Shown: piece after piece, positions 9,450-18,117 of the stretch | Numbering within the stretch: the stretch's first letter is position 1 | Layout: each line of letters begins with the position of its first letter | Assembly: GCA_004010535.1 (NCBI GenBank) | Contig: RQYE01000009.1 | Span: 1-32,000 of the forward strand | Direction of reading: 5' to 3' | Length of the DNA stretch: 32,000 nucleotides | From: Coriobacteriales bacterium OH1046 | Lineage (GTDB): Bacteria; Actinomycetota; Coriobacteriia; Coriobacteriales; Atopobiaceae | Notes under the pieces: generated by a model | What the model was told of the DNA's origin: nothing | Seen by the model: the letters and a program-made list of their open reading frames with translations, nothing else | Databases searched by the model: none | Program-made: the position numbers and the translations under genes

Positions 9450-10313
9450 TCACGGCCTCTCGAAGCGGACGCGCCAATCTACAGTCAGCGACTGATCGCG
9501 CTCGATCTCGGGTGCATGGGCCTTGATGAAGTTGTCGCAGGTATTGAAGCGAAGCATCTGGCGCTCGCCGGGTTGGATATCGCCCACGAGAAAGGCCTCG
9601 CGATCCTCGACATCCCCGAAGGTGCGGCCGTAGCGCCCCTCCCCCTCGTAGATAAGACGATCGCCGTCCATCACCGCCACATGGAAGAGATCCCCGTAGG
9701 CAAAGCCCGCCACCTGCTGGAATTCACGATTGCGGATGTTGATGCGCGCACTGCCATAAGGCACATCGAAGTTGTAGATACCGCCCTCAGCCCAGCCGGT
9801 GCCCAGATGCGGGACGATGTTGGTGAGGGCCAAGCGCACGACCTTCTCGACGGGATACGCAGGACCGACGCCCTCGAAATCGATCATGCCCGCCGCAAGC
9901 CTCCCAGCCGTGTAGGAGTACACATCGCGGCCGTGGAAGATGTGGACATCCTCGCTGCCGGGCAGGCGGTTCGCGTCCTCATCGATCTCGCGGACCTCAT
10001 CGATCTCGCCCAGCATCATCGTGAGCGTGCCGTTATCGGGCGTGACCACGTAGCTGCCATGAGCAAGGCGCGCCACGCAGCTCTTGCGGCTCGTGCCCAC
10101 TCCCGGATCGACCACCGAGACGAACACCGTTCCCGCCGGCCAATACGGAACGACGGTCGAAAGCTGATAGGCAGCTTGACGTATATTGTACGGTTCGATG
10201 TTGTGATCGAAATCGTAGACTCCCAGCTCGGGATCGATGCTTCTCACCACGCCCGCGAGCACCGCTCCTCCACCGCTGCCGAAATCGGTCATGAAGACAA
10301 CCGTCGGCCTCAT
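9450..10313 (-). CDS. SAM hydroxide adenosyltransferase family (SAM_HAT/DUF62), paralogue 1
   Basis: VVFMTDFGSGGGAV, VSVVDPGVGTSRKS, VTPDNGTL and FHGRD motifs. Confidence 0.9.
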   Translation of the reverse strand: MRPTVVFMTDFGSGGGAVLAGVVRSIDPELGVYDFDHNIEPYNIRQAAYQLSTVVPYWPAGTVFVSVVDPGVGTSRKSCVARLAHGSYVVTPDNGTLTMMLGEIDEVREIDEDANRLPGSEDVHIFHGRDVYSYTAGRLAAGMIDFEGVGPAYPVEKVVRLALTNIVPHLGTGWAEGGIYNFDVPYGSARINIRNREFQQVAGFAYGDLFHVAVMDGDRLIYEGEGRYGRTFGDVEDREAFLVGDIQPGERQMLRFNTCDNFIKAHAPEIERDQSLTVDWRVRFERP

Positions 10314-11167
10314 CGGTCCGCCTTCCCAAACGAGACATGCCAGTCGCTGCCGAAACCAATGCCGTAGCGCTCGACGATGCTCTCCTGGTTCAGCGTGAAG
10401 GAGACGTTCATGAGCTCGTTGGTGTAGGCGAGCAGCTCGCCCCTGGCCACCTCGCCGAACGTACGGCAAAGCGGCATCCGGGCATCGAGCACGAGCTCGT
10501 CGCCGTGGCACACGCGCAGATGCAGCAGATCGCCGTATGCGATGCCCATCTCCTCGAAAAGCGCGAGCGGGATATTGGTCCACGCGTTCCCGAAGTTGGG
10601 ATCGATGATATCGACGATGCCCGTAAGCGCACCATCCTCCGCCGCCGGCTCCGCCATGGGCAGGCGCACGATCTCCTCCACGGGATATACGGGTCCAACC
10701 TCCTCCCAGCCGATGATGCCGCTCGCCAAACGCGCGGCGCAGTAGCCGAAGAGGTCGCGCCCATGGAAGACCGAGGTGCCGCGCGTATCGGGGTTGCGAT
10801 TCACCGTCTCATCGATCTCGCGCACCTCGACGATGCCGACATAACGCGCAAGATGCGTGAGGGTGCCGTTGTCGGGTGTCACCACGATGTGCCCGTCTGC
10901 GGTTTTGGCTGCACAGGCACGGCGCGGCGTGCCCACGCCCGGATCGACCACGCTCACATAGATGGTGCCCTGAGGCCAGAAGGGCAGGCTCTGGTAGAGG
11001 CGGTAGCTCGCGCTCCACGTATCGTAACGGGGGATCTGATGCGTGCCATCGAAGATCTCGAGCTCGCGGTCGACCGACTTGACCACACCGTACATCGAGC
11101 TCACGGCCCCTTCGGCATAGGTGAAGTCGGTCTGGAACACGAGGATGGGCTTGTCGCATGCGCTCAT
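10310..11167 (-). CDS. SAM hydroxide adenosyltransferase family (SAM_HAT/DUF62), paralogue 2
   Basis: LVFQTDFTYAEGAV, VSVVDPGVGTPRRA, VTPDNGTLTH and FHGRD motifs. Stop overlaps the start of paralogue 1 (ATGA). Confidence 0.9.
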   Translation of the reverse strand: MSACDKPILVFQTDFTYAEGAVSSMYGVVKSVDRELEIFDGTHQIPRYDTWSASYRLYQSLPFWPQGTIYVSVVDPGVGTPRRACAAKTADGHIVVTPDNGTLTHLARYVGIVEVREIDETVNRNPDTRGTSVFHGRDLFGYCAARLASGIIGWEEVGPVYPVEEIVRLPMAEPAAEDGALTGIVDIIDPNFGNAWTNIPLALFEEMGIAYGDLLHLRVCHGDELVLDARMPLCRTFGEVARGELLAYTNELMNVSFTLNQESIVERYGIGFGSDWHVSFGKADR

Positions 11168-11230
11168 AGGCAATCTCCAATCGATCGCGCCTTCCGCAAT
11201 CGAGAACATGCTACCAAAAACGCACAGCTG

Positions 11231-11731
11231 TCAATCCAGCAGATCCCCGCCCGTATCTAGGCTACGCATCCTCCGCAGCAGCTCAAGACCGCGAACATTG
11301 ATATCATCCTGTGAAATACCCTTGGCCTCCCGGATGCGCCCGATGGCATCCAGCACATCGAGCGAGTGGTATGGGGCGAACAGCTTGCGCAGGTCGCGTG
11401 CACTGACTTGCGTATACGCAACCTTGCTTGATATACCTGCGGAGATACACCATGCGCGGTACATGTAGCCCATCCAATAGAGTTCGTCAGCAGAGAAACG
11501 CGTAGAGCCGTAGGGGGAAGATCCGTACTCCGTCTCGACTTCCCTGACGATTTCCGCAGGAGACTCGGTTTCTCCTTGAATGCCCGCCACATCAAAGCGC
11601 CGTGCAACAGCGGAGTGCATGAACCTCCTGATGAATATCGCAGACCCGCTTGCAGTCTCCTCGCAAGATGCCTCGAACACCTGCGCTTGGAACAGGCAGG
11701 CCCTCCTATCTTCTTCGCTTAGGGTTCTCAT
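11231..11731 (-). CDS. Uncharacterised 166-aa protein, candidate antitoxin/partner of the upstream HTH-DUF3990 protein
   Basis: Overlaps the upstream stop by ATGA (11728-11731), indicating an operon. Contains AIFIRRFMHSAVARRFD and YRAWCISAGISSKVAY...LFAPYHSLDVLDAIGRI. Confidence 0.7.
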   Translation of the reverse strand: MRTLSEEDRRACLFQAQVFEASCEETASGSAIFIRRFMHSAVARRFDVAGIQGETESPAEIVREVETEYGSSPYGSTRFSADELYWMGYMYRAWCISAGISSKVAYTQVSARDLRKLFAPYHSLDVLDAIGRIREAKGISQDDINVRGLELLRRMRSLDTGGDLLD

Positions 11732-12642
11732 GAGAACAGCTCATCCACATAGAAACCCTGTCCGCGAAACTGCCTGCGGGCGACCTTGACCTTATCTGAT
11801 CCGACTGCAGATTCCTCGGCGCGCGTCCTGAGCAGAAGCTCCTTCTCTGCCGGAGCGATATAGCAGTGCTCAAGTCCCTCGAGCTGTGAAAGGGCCTTGC
11901 CGCTCCTCAAAACATATTGACGACCGAGATTTGTCGCGGCAAGGCAATGCTGGCACTGCGCATCGGTAATCTCCCCATCGATGAAGCTGTCAATAAGAGC
12001 GAACATGCGGTTATCGGCAATCGGAGCGACTGCGTAATCGGATCCTTCAAGCCGTTCGCGCAGCGATAGAATCTGCTTGTGGCCGGCATAGCGGCTGAGC
12101 TTCCCCCGATACCACGCGACAGTGAGCATCCAATCTTGGTCGACCACATAGTCGGCACGCGTGAGTCCCCGAGAATCGAACCCGAAAAGATACACCGACG
12201 AAGATGGGTAGCCCGCCACGAACATAACCGATTGCGCATAGGTCTCCCCGCAATAGAATCCCATCCCGAGATCATTGCTCGACTTCGATCTGTCAAGAGA
12301 CACCGAACCATCGATATCGTTCTTGGCACCATGGAAAATAAGCACCCTGCCCGACGCTTCAGCCTGCTCTTGATGAAGCTGGGATTTGATCTCGTTCAGG
12401 CGGATACCCTGCCGGTAGACATAATCGTAGAGGCCGTTCTGGGAAGTCGCAGATGGCTTTGAAGCACCGCTTCTCCAGCGATGAAGGGTTGCCTCATCGA
12501 CACCTGCGGCCCGCGCAAGATCTTTGAAGCTGATACCGAGAAGCTCTTTGGCAAGCTCAATGTCCTGATCAATGGTATAGTCCACGCGCCCACCAAACTT
12601 ACTACTTGCATTTGCAAGTAGTAAGTTTATCAGAATCATCAT
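11728..12642 (-). CDS. Fusion of an N-terminal XRE-like HTH to a DUF3990 (ADP-ribosyltransferase-like) domain, candidate toxin
   Basis: HTH: DIELAKELLGISFKDLARAAGVDEATLHRWRSGASKPS. DUF3990-like: VLIFHGAKNDIDG...NDLGMGFYCGETYAQSVMFV...YAVAPIADNRMFALIDSFIDGEITDAQCQHCL. Alternative GTG start at 12585. Confidence 0.75.
   Translation of the reverse strand: MMILINLLLANASSKFGGRVDYTIDQDIELAKELLGISFKDLARAAGVDEATLHRWRSGASKPSATSQNGLYDYVYRQGIRLNEIKSQLHQEQAEASGRVLIFHGAKNDIDGSVSLDRSKSSNDLGMGFYCGETYAQSVMFVAGYPSSSVYLFGFDSRGLTRADYVVDQDWMLTVAWYRGKLSRYAGHKQILSLRERLEGSDYAVAPIADNRMFALIDSFIDGEITDAQCQHCLAATNLGRQYVLRSGKALSQLEGLEHCYIAPAEKELLLRTRAEESAVGSDKVKVARRQFRGQGFYVDELFS
12595..12628. promoter_or_regulatory. Perfect inverted repeat, candidate operator of the HTH-DUF3990 operon
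   Basis: AAACTTACTACTTGCA tt TGCAAGTAGTAAGTTT: 16-nt arms, 2-nt spacer, no mismatches. Confidence 0.7.
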
Positions 12643-12665
12643 AGAAATGACAAGCCGGTCCGGCT

Positions 12666-13523
12666 CTACTCGTACACCAATCTCGGCGCCTTGCGCAGGC
12701 TGATCTTCCAGTTGACACCCGTGCCGATACCGTAGGCGGCCGCGAAGCTACCTTGATTGATGGCCACCGCCATGCAATCCAAGCTGTTCGCATACACGAG
12801 CGGCTCGCCCACGTACACATCGGCGAAGCTGCGCGCGAAGGCGAGGAAATTCTTGTAGAGCATGCGCGTGCCATTCTCGATGGTCACCTCGACGCGCTGC
12901 CCGTAGCCCACACCCAGCCGCTCGAACTCCTTTCTGGGGATGTTGGTCCAGAGGCTTCCGAAACGCACGTCGAGCACATCAATGGTGCCGTGCACGCTCT
13001 CCCCGTCGAACGAGGCCTCGATGACCGGCAGCTCCACGACATGCTCGGCATCGGCCTCGGGCCCCACCCCCTCGAAATCGATGACGCCCGCAGCGAGACG
13101 GGCACCCGTGTAGACATATACATCTCGACCGTAGAAGGTGTAGCTCTCGGAAGAACCCGCCAAGCGGTTGACGCTCTCATCGATGATACGCACGGCATCG
13201 AGGCCGACCATGCGCTTGATATGGGTAAGCGTGCCGTTATCGGGAGTGACGATGTAGCGGCCGTTCGAGGTCTGGGCGGCGATGGAACGGCGCTTGGTGC
13301 CCACGCCGGGATCGACCACGGAGACGAACACCGTTCCCTGCGGCCAGTAGCTCAGCGTCTGGATGAGGCGGTAGGATGCCTCCCAGATATCGTACTGCGG
13401 GATCTCGTGGGTGAGATCGCAGATGCGCAGGCTCGGCGAGACGCCCAGCGCCACACCGTACATCGCGCTCACGGCTCCGTCGGCAGTTCCGAAATCCGAT
13501 TGGAGCACCAGGGTTTGCGCCAT
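12666..13523 (-). CDS. SAM hydroxide adenosyltransferase family (SAM_HAT/DUF62), paralogue 3, with a FYGRD variant motif
   Basis: LVLQSDFGTADGAV, VSVVDPGVGTKRRS, VTPDNGTLTH; FYGRD replaces FHGRD. Confidence 0.88.
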   Translation of the reverse strand: MAQTLVLQSDFGTADGAVSAMYGVALGVSPSLRICDLTHEIPQYDIWEASYRLIQTLSYWPQGTVFVSVVDPGVGTKRRSIAAQTSNGRYIVTPDNGTLTHIKRMVGLDAVRIIDESVNRLAGSSESYTFYGRDVYVYTGARLAAGVIDFEGVGPEADAEHVVELPVIEASFDGESVHGTIDVLDVRFGSLWTNIPRKEFERLGVGYGQRVEVTIENGTRMLYKNFLAFARSFADVYVGEPLVYANSLDCMAVAINQGSFAAAYGIGTGVNWKISLRKAPRLVYE

Positions 13524-13532
13524 ATGCCCCCC

Positions 13533-14663
13533 CTACCTTTCGGGGTTCCAGTCGGCAAGGCAGGCATCGAGACCGGCCTCGAGCGCCGCACGATCCATGT
13601 GGCGTCCGATGACGACCAGCTTGGTCATGCGGTCTCCCAGAACGGGATCCCACTCGGTGAGGAGCTCGGGCTCGTTCTCGATGAGTGCGCGCAGCTCGTC
13701 CTCGGGAGCAGACGCCACGAACAGGCCGTTCTCCATAAGGCGCACCTGATGGCCGACCTGCTCGAAGAGATAGCTCATATCGGGATCCTGCACGGCCCAG
13801 ATCTGGCCCTTCGTGCGGATGACCTCGCGCGGCCACGTGCCCACGTAGTCTGCAAGGGCATCGATGTCGAAGGGACGGCGGCGCCGGTAGACGAAGGTGG
13901 CGATATCGTACTCGAGCACCTCGGGATCCTCATGCTCCTCGGGATGCTCCATCGCGTCGAGCCAGGCAGCGGACTCGTAGGCCGCGTTGAAGTCGAAGCG
14001 GCCGGTGTCGAGGATCTCATCCATGGGCACGTCGCACTGCGTGGCCTCCACGATGACCGCATCCTTCTGCAAGCTGCGGACAAGGGCCTTGAGCTCGTCG
14101 ATCTGCCCGGATGTCACGAGATCGGACTTGTTGAGGATGACCGTGGTGCAGAATTCGAGCTGCTGGACGAGCAGGGCCTCGATATCCTCGTCGTCGATAT
14201 CTTTGTCGAGAAGATCCCTGCCGCCATCGAACTCATCGAACATGCGGTCCGCATCGACCACGGCCACGATGTTGTCAAGTGCAAGGGGAGCGCCTTCCGT
14301 ATAGCGGCTCTCATCGCAGAACCGCGCGATGGTGTAGGCGATGGGGATGGGTTCGCAGATGCCCGAGGCCTCGATGACGATGTAGTCGAAATCACCCGAG
14401 TTGGCGATGCCATCGAGCTGGCGGGCAAGGTCGTCGGAGAGCGTGCAGCAGATGCAGCCGTTGGTCAGGGGGATGAGCTCGTCGGTTTGGGTGAGGCCGC
14501 CTTGTTTGATGAGGGCGGCATCGACGTTGACCTCGCCGATATCGTTCACGATGACCGCCGCGCGTATGCCCTCGTTGTTCGCGAGGATGTTGTTGAGGAG
14601 CGTGGTCTTTCCTGCACCGAGGTATCCGGTGATGAGCACGATCTTGACCTGTTTTTGCGGCAT
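13533..14663 (-). CDS. CobW/G3E-family GTPase (metal chaperone type)
   Basis: P-loop GYLGAGKTTLLNNIL, metal motif NGCICCTL, ILNKSD; CobW C-terminal-like region. Confidence 0.93.
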   Translation of the reverse strand: MPQKQVKIVLITGYLGAGKTTLLNNILANNEGIRAAVIVNDIGEVNVDAALIKQGGLTQTDELIPLTNGCICCTLSDDLARQLDGIANSGDFDYIVIEASGICEPIPIAYTIARFCDESRYTEGAPLALDNIVAVVDADRMFDEFDGGRDLLDKDIDDEDIEALLVQQLEFCTTVILNKSDLVTSGQIDELKALVRSLQKDAVIVEATQCDVPMDEILDTGRFDFNAAYESAAWLDAMEHPEEHEDPEVLEYDIATFVYRRRRPFDIDALADYVGTWPREVIRTKGQIWAVQDPDMSYLFEQVGHQVRLMENGLFVASAPEDELRALIENEPELLTEWDPVLGDRMTKLVVIGRHMDRAALEAGLDACLADWNPER

Positions 14664-14761
14664 AGCCCTCCCCCATCTGCTTACGCGGCAGTGTTTCAAC
14701 CCGTATAGTGTACCTACTCCAAGCGTCCCATGGACCAGACGTCGAGACTCCTGAGAAAAGC

Positions 14762-15184
14762 CTAGAGGATCCCGTCGCCTGCGCTCTTCCGGGCCTGCCA
14801 GTTCTTGAAGGCCTCGAGCTCGGGCTCGTTGATCTTGAGCGCGATGGTCACCACGGCAAGATCATCCGCAAGGCCGAGCAGCGGGATATTGTCGGAGATG
14901 AGATCCCTCCTCTTGACAAGGTAGAGGAAGGCGGCCACAAGGGATGCGACCACCTTGGGCGAGACCTCGGTGTATTCCTTGGTCACATAGCTCTTGACCA
15001 TGGACGCCATGAGCGGCACGTTGGAAAGCGCCCCCGTCACCGTTTCGGGGAGTTCGGCCATCTGCGCCTTGAGGGAATCGAGCAACCCATCGATCTTCTC
15101 GGGATCGGACAGGAAGGATCTCGCCTCCTCGAGACCATCGTCGATGAGCTGCTTCGCGCTATCGAGATCTAACTGCTCGGTCAT
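14762..15184 (-). CDS. YkvA/DUF1232-like small membrane-associated protein
   Basis: Region AFLYLVKRRDLISDNIPLLGLADDLAVVTIAL resembles the DUF1232 core (Y..sP.DliPd..p.lG..DD). Confidence 0.75.
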   Translation of the reverse strand: MTEQLDLDSAKQLIDDGLEEARSFLSDPEKIDGLLDSLKAQMAELPETVTGALSNVPLMASMVKSYVTKEYTEVSPKVVASLVAAFLYLVKRRDLISDNIPLLGLADDLAVVTIALKINEPELEAFKNWQARKSAGDGIL

Positions 15185-15244
15185 ATCGTGCTCCTTTCAT
15201 AGGGGCGGCAAACCGCATTGGCAGACCTATGATACGGCAAACGG

Positions 15245-16183
15245 CTAGCTCTTCGGACGTCCCCGCAGAAGCGGGGCCCTGGCCGAGGTGGGCACATCGA
15301 TGGGCACGCCGAGGATGATCCTGATGAGCCACAGGAAGAAGAGCAGCACGAGGATGGGGATCACGCAGGAGGTGACGATCATCACCGCAAACGTCTCGAT
15401 GAAGCGGTTGAGCGCGGCCTGGACCTCCTCTGACACGCCGCTCGCAACATTCGAGAGGTTCTCGGGGATGCTCTGGATGAAGCCCACGAGCGCATCGAGG
15501 CCCTCCTGGGACCCCGCTTCGGGCTCGGCATCCCCGGCATCCGCCTCACCTGCGGTCTGTTCGACGGCAGCGAGGGTATCGCTCATCGTCGATTCGTAGG
15601 TGACCTCGATGAGATCGGAGATCGCGACGCTCGCGGGCACCACGAGAAAGATCGCGATGCCGAAGAGCAGCAGGCGCCCCGAGAGCTGGAAGAGCAGCTG
15701 GCGCAACCCCGTACGCCTGCGGAGCAGCGCGACGATGGCGAAGAGGATGCAGCCCGCCGGGATGACGAACCTGAAAGCTGCGAGGCCGAGGATGGTGAGC
15801 AGGTACTTCTCAAGGTAGATGGCACCGATGACGATGGCGAAATCGGCGCCGAGATCGAGGAGCTTCTCGGCGATGGGCGTGCCCACGTCTCCGGGCAGAA
15901 GCGTGATCGCAGCGGACGTGCCGGTAGATCCCGCGACGAGGCGCATCACCGTAGCGCGCTTCTCGTCGAGCGCGGAGATGGTGCCCGCATGGGTCTCGGG
16001 CGAGGATGCCCAATCGGCTAGGACGAAGATCGACACGAGCGCCAACACGATGGCCACGCCCGCGACAAGGTAGCGCAAACGCGGCTTATCCTCGGGAAGG
16101 AGCTCGTCGAGGATGCTGCGACCGATGGCCGTGTCCTCGTCCTCGATACGGGCGATCTCCTCTGACGCGGTATCGTGCTCCAT
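15245..16183 (-). CDS. Predicted multi-pass integral membrane protein of unknown function
   Basis: Several hydrophobic segments (YLVAGVAIVLALVSIFVLA; LLLFGIAIFLVVPASVAI; FAVMIVTSCVIPILVLLFFLWLIRII); start MEHDTASEE. Confidence 0.75.
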   Translation of the reverse strand: MEHDTASEEIARIEDEDTAIGRSILDELLPEDKPRLRYLVAGVAIVLALVSIFVLADWASSPETHAGTISALDEKRATVMRLVAGSTGTSAAITLLPGDVGTPIAEKLLDLGADFAIVIGAIYLEKYLLTILGLAAFRFVIPAGCILFAIVALLRRRTGLRQLLFQLSGRLLLFGIAIFLVVPASVAISDLIEVTYESTMSDTLAAVEQTAGEADAGDAEPEAGSQEGLDALVGFIQSIPENLSNVASGVSEEVQAALNRFIETFAVMIVTSCVIPILVLLFFLWLIRIILGVPIDVPTSARAPLLRGRPKS

Positions 16184-16205
16184 GGCAACCTCCTCGTGAC
16201 GGCTC

Positions 16206-16916
16206 CTAGAGTTCGATGGTATCCGATCCCGTCTTCGCCATGCGCGCCCCGATCTCGCGGATGATCGCGACACCGGCGCTCGTGCCGATGCGACGGCAGC
16301 CGAGGCGCACATACTCGAGGAACGACTCGGCATCGCGGATACCGCCCGCCGCCTTCACGCGCACCGCAGGGTCGACCCGCTCCACCATGAGGCGCACGTC
16401 GTCGAAGGTGGCGCCGCCCGTGCCGAAGCCCGTGGAGGTCTTGATGAAGTCGGGGCGCGCCTCGCTCGCGATCTCGCACAGGCGTATCTTCTCGGCATCC
16501 TCGAGGTAGCAGTTCTCGAAGATGACCTTGGAGATCGCCCCCAACTCACGGCAGGCCGCGACGATCTCTCCCATCTCGGCGGCGACGTAGTCCCAGTTGC
16601 CGTTCTTGACCTCGGTGAGGTTCACCACATAGTCGATCTCGTCCGCGCCGTTGGCGATGGCATCGCGCGCATCGAAGACCTTCGAGGCGATGGTCGTCTG
16701 ACCCAGCGGAAAGCTGATCGCCGCACCCACATGGATGTCCGTTCCCGTAAGGAGACCCGCGCAGAGGCTCGCCTGCACCTGGTTCACCGCCACCATGGCA
16801 AAATGGTTCGCACGCGCCTCGTCGCAGAGTACGCGCATATCCGCTGCGCGGGCAAACGGCTTCAGGTTGGTATGGTCGATCAGCTGCGCAAGCTCATCGA
16901 GCGTCCACGATCTCAT
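16206..16916 (-). CDS. deoC: Deoxyribose-phosphate aldolase
   Basis: LIDHTNLKPFA, GAAISFPLG, EIDYVVNLTEVKNG, KVIFENCYL, FIKTSTGFGTGGAT, VKAAGGIRD. Confidence 0.95.
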   Translation of the reverse strand: MRSWTLDELAQLIDHTNLKPFARAADMRVLCDEARANHFAMVAVNQVQASLCAGLLTGTDIHVGAAISFPLGQTTIASKVFDARDAIANGADEIDYVVNLTEVKNGNWDYVAAEMGEIVAACRELGAISKVIFENCYLEDAEKIRLCEIASEARPDFIKTSTGFGTGGATFDDVRLMVERVDPAVRVKAAGGIRDAESFLEYVRLGCRRIGTSAGVAIIREIGARMAKTGSDTIEL

Positions 16917-17069
16917 GGGGATTCCCCTCTCCGCTGGTTTGTCCGATGGCCTTATAGTAGTACGTATACGCGTGATTGTCGCGCTGTGTTGGAAGGGCTC
17001 CGATCACCCCGTCTCCGCCGGGATGGCTCGTCCGGTCCCACGGCCCGACCCGAGGAGGGGAGCGGGAAG

Positions 17070-18092
17070 ATGCTCAACGTATGCGTGCTGGGATGCGGTC
17101 GCGCCGGTATGATACATGCGCGCAGCTACGCCGGATCGGTTGCGGGAGCACGGCTCATCGCACTCTGCGACCCGGTGGCCGGAGTGCGCAACGCAGCCGC
17201 AGCCGAACTCGACGTTAACCGCTGCTATGCGGATTGGCAAGAAGCCCTCGCCGACACGGATATCGATGCGGTCATCGTCGTGACGCCCACCGGCCTCCAC
17301 CATGACATCGTGGTGGCTGCCGCCGCCGCAGGTAAGCACGTGTTCTGCGAGAAGCCCATGGCAAGTTCCGAGAAGGAGTGCGACGAGATGATCGCCGCAT
17401 GCGCGCGGGCAGGCGTCAAGCTCCAGATCGGCTTCATGCGCCGCTTCGACGAGAGCATACGCCACGCCAAGGAGGCCGTCGATGCAGGCGAGATCGGCGA
17501 CGTGGTGCTCGTCAAATCGCTCACGCGCGGCCCCAGCCGCCCCAAGGACTGGATGTACGACGTGCGCGCGAGCTACGGTCCCATCGGCGAGGTGAGCTCG
17601 CACGACCTCGATATGCTCCGCTGGTTCGCAGGCTCGGAGGTCGCGAGCGTCTACGCTATCGGGGGGAACTTCCGTTCGCCCGAGGTCGCGGGCGATCACC
17701 CCGAGTGGTACGACAGCTTCGCCATGACGCTCTCCTTCGATGACGGCAAGCTCGGCATGATCGACGGCGCGCAGTACGTGCGGTATGGCTACGATGCCCG
17801 CCTCGAGGTGCTCGGCACGCATGGTTCCATCCTCGTGGGCCAACAGCCGCGCGAGGCCTACACCGTCGCGCGTCCGGACGGCAGCGTGAGACGGCCCATG
17901 AACGATTCCTGGACCTATCTCTTCCGCGAGGCCTACGTGCACGAGGCGCAGGCCTTCGTCGATGCCATCGCGCACGGCACCGAGCCGCTCGCCACCGGGC
18001 ACGATGGCAAGATGGCCGTCCGCCTCGTGAACATGGGCCTGGCATCCCTGCTCGGGCATACAGTGGTCTTCGACACGGAGGAGCACCCATGA
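17070..18092 (+). CDS. Gfo/Idh/MocA family oxidoreductase
   Basis: Rossmann LGCGRAGMIHARSY, GKHVFCEKPMA, GFMRRFDESI, IGEVSSHDLDMLRWFAG. Confidence 0.92.
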   Translation: MLNVCVLGCGRAGMIHARSYAGSVAGARLIALCDPVAGVRNAAAAELDVNRCYADWQEALADTDIDAVIVVTPTGLHHDIVVAAAAAGKHVFCEKPMASSEKECDEMIAACARAGVKLQIGFMRRFDESIRHAKEAVDAGEIGDVVLVKSLTRGPSRPKDWMYDVRASYGPIGEVSSHDLDMLRWFAGSEVASVYAIGGNFRSPEVAGDHPEWYDSFAMTLSFDDGKLGMIDGAQYVRYGYDARLEVLGTHGSILVGQQPREAYTVARPDGSVRRPMNDSWTYLFREAYVHEAQAFVDAIAHGTEPLATGHDGKMAVRLVNMGLASLLGHTVVFDTEEHP

Positions 18093-18117
18093 CCGATGCG
18101 GGGTGCCGACAGCAGCG

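Noticed and set aside
12753-14708. 651-aa plus-strand ORF
   Set aside because: Antisense to the CobW GTPase and SAM_HAT 3 genes, both of which have clear family motifs; no recognisable domain.
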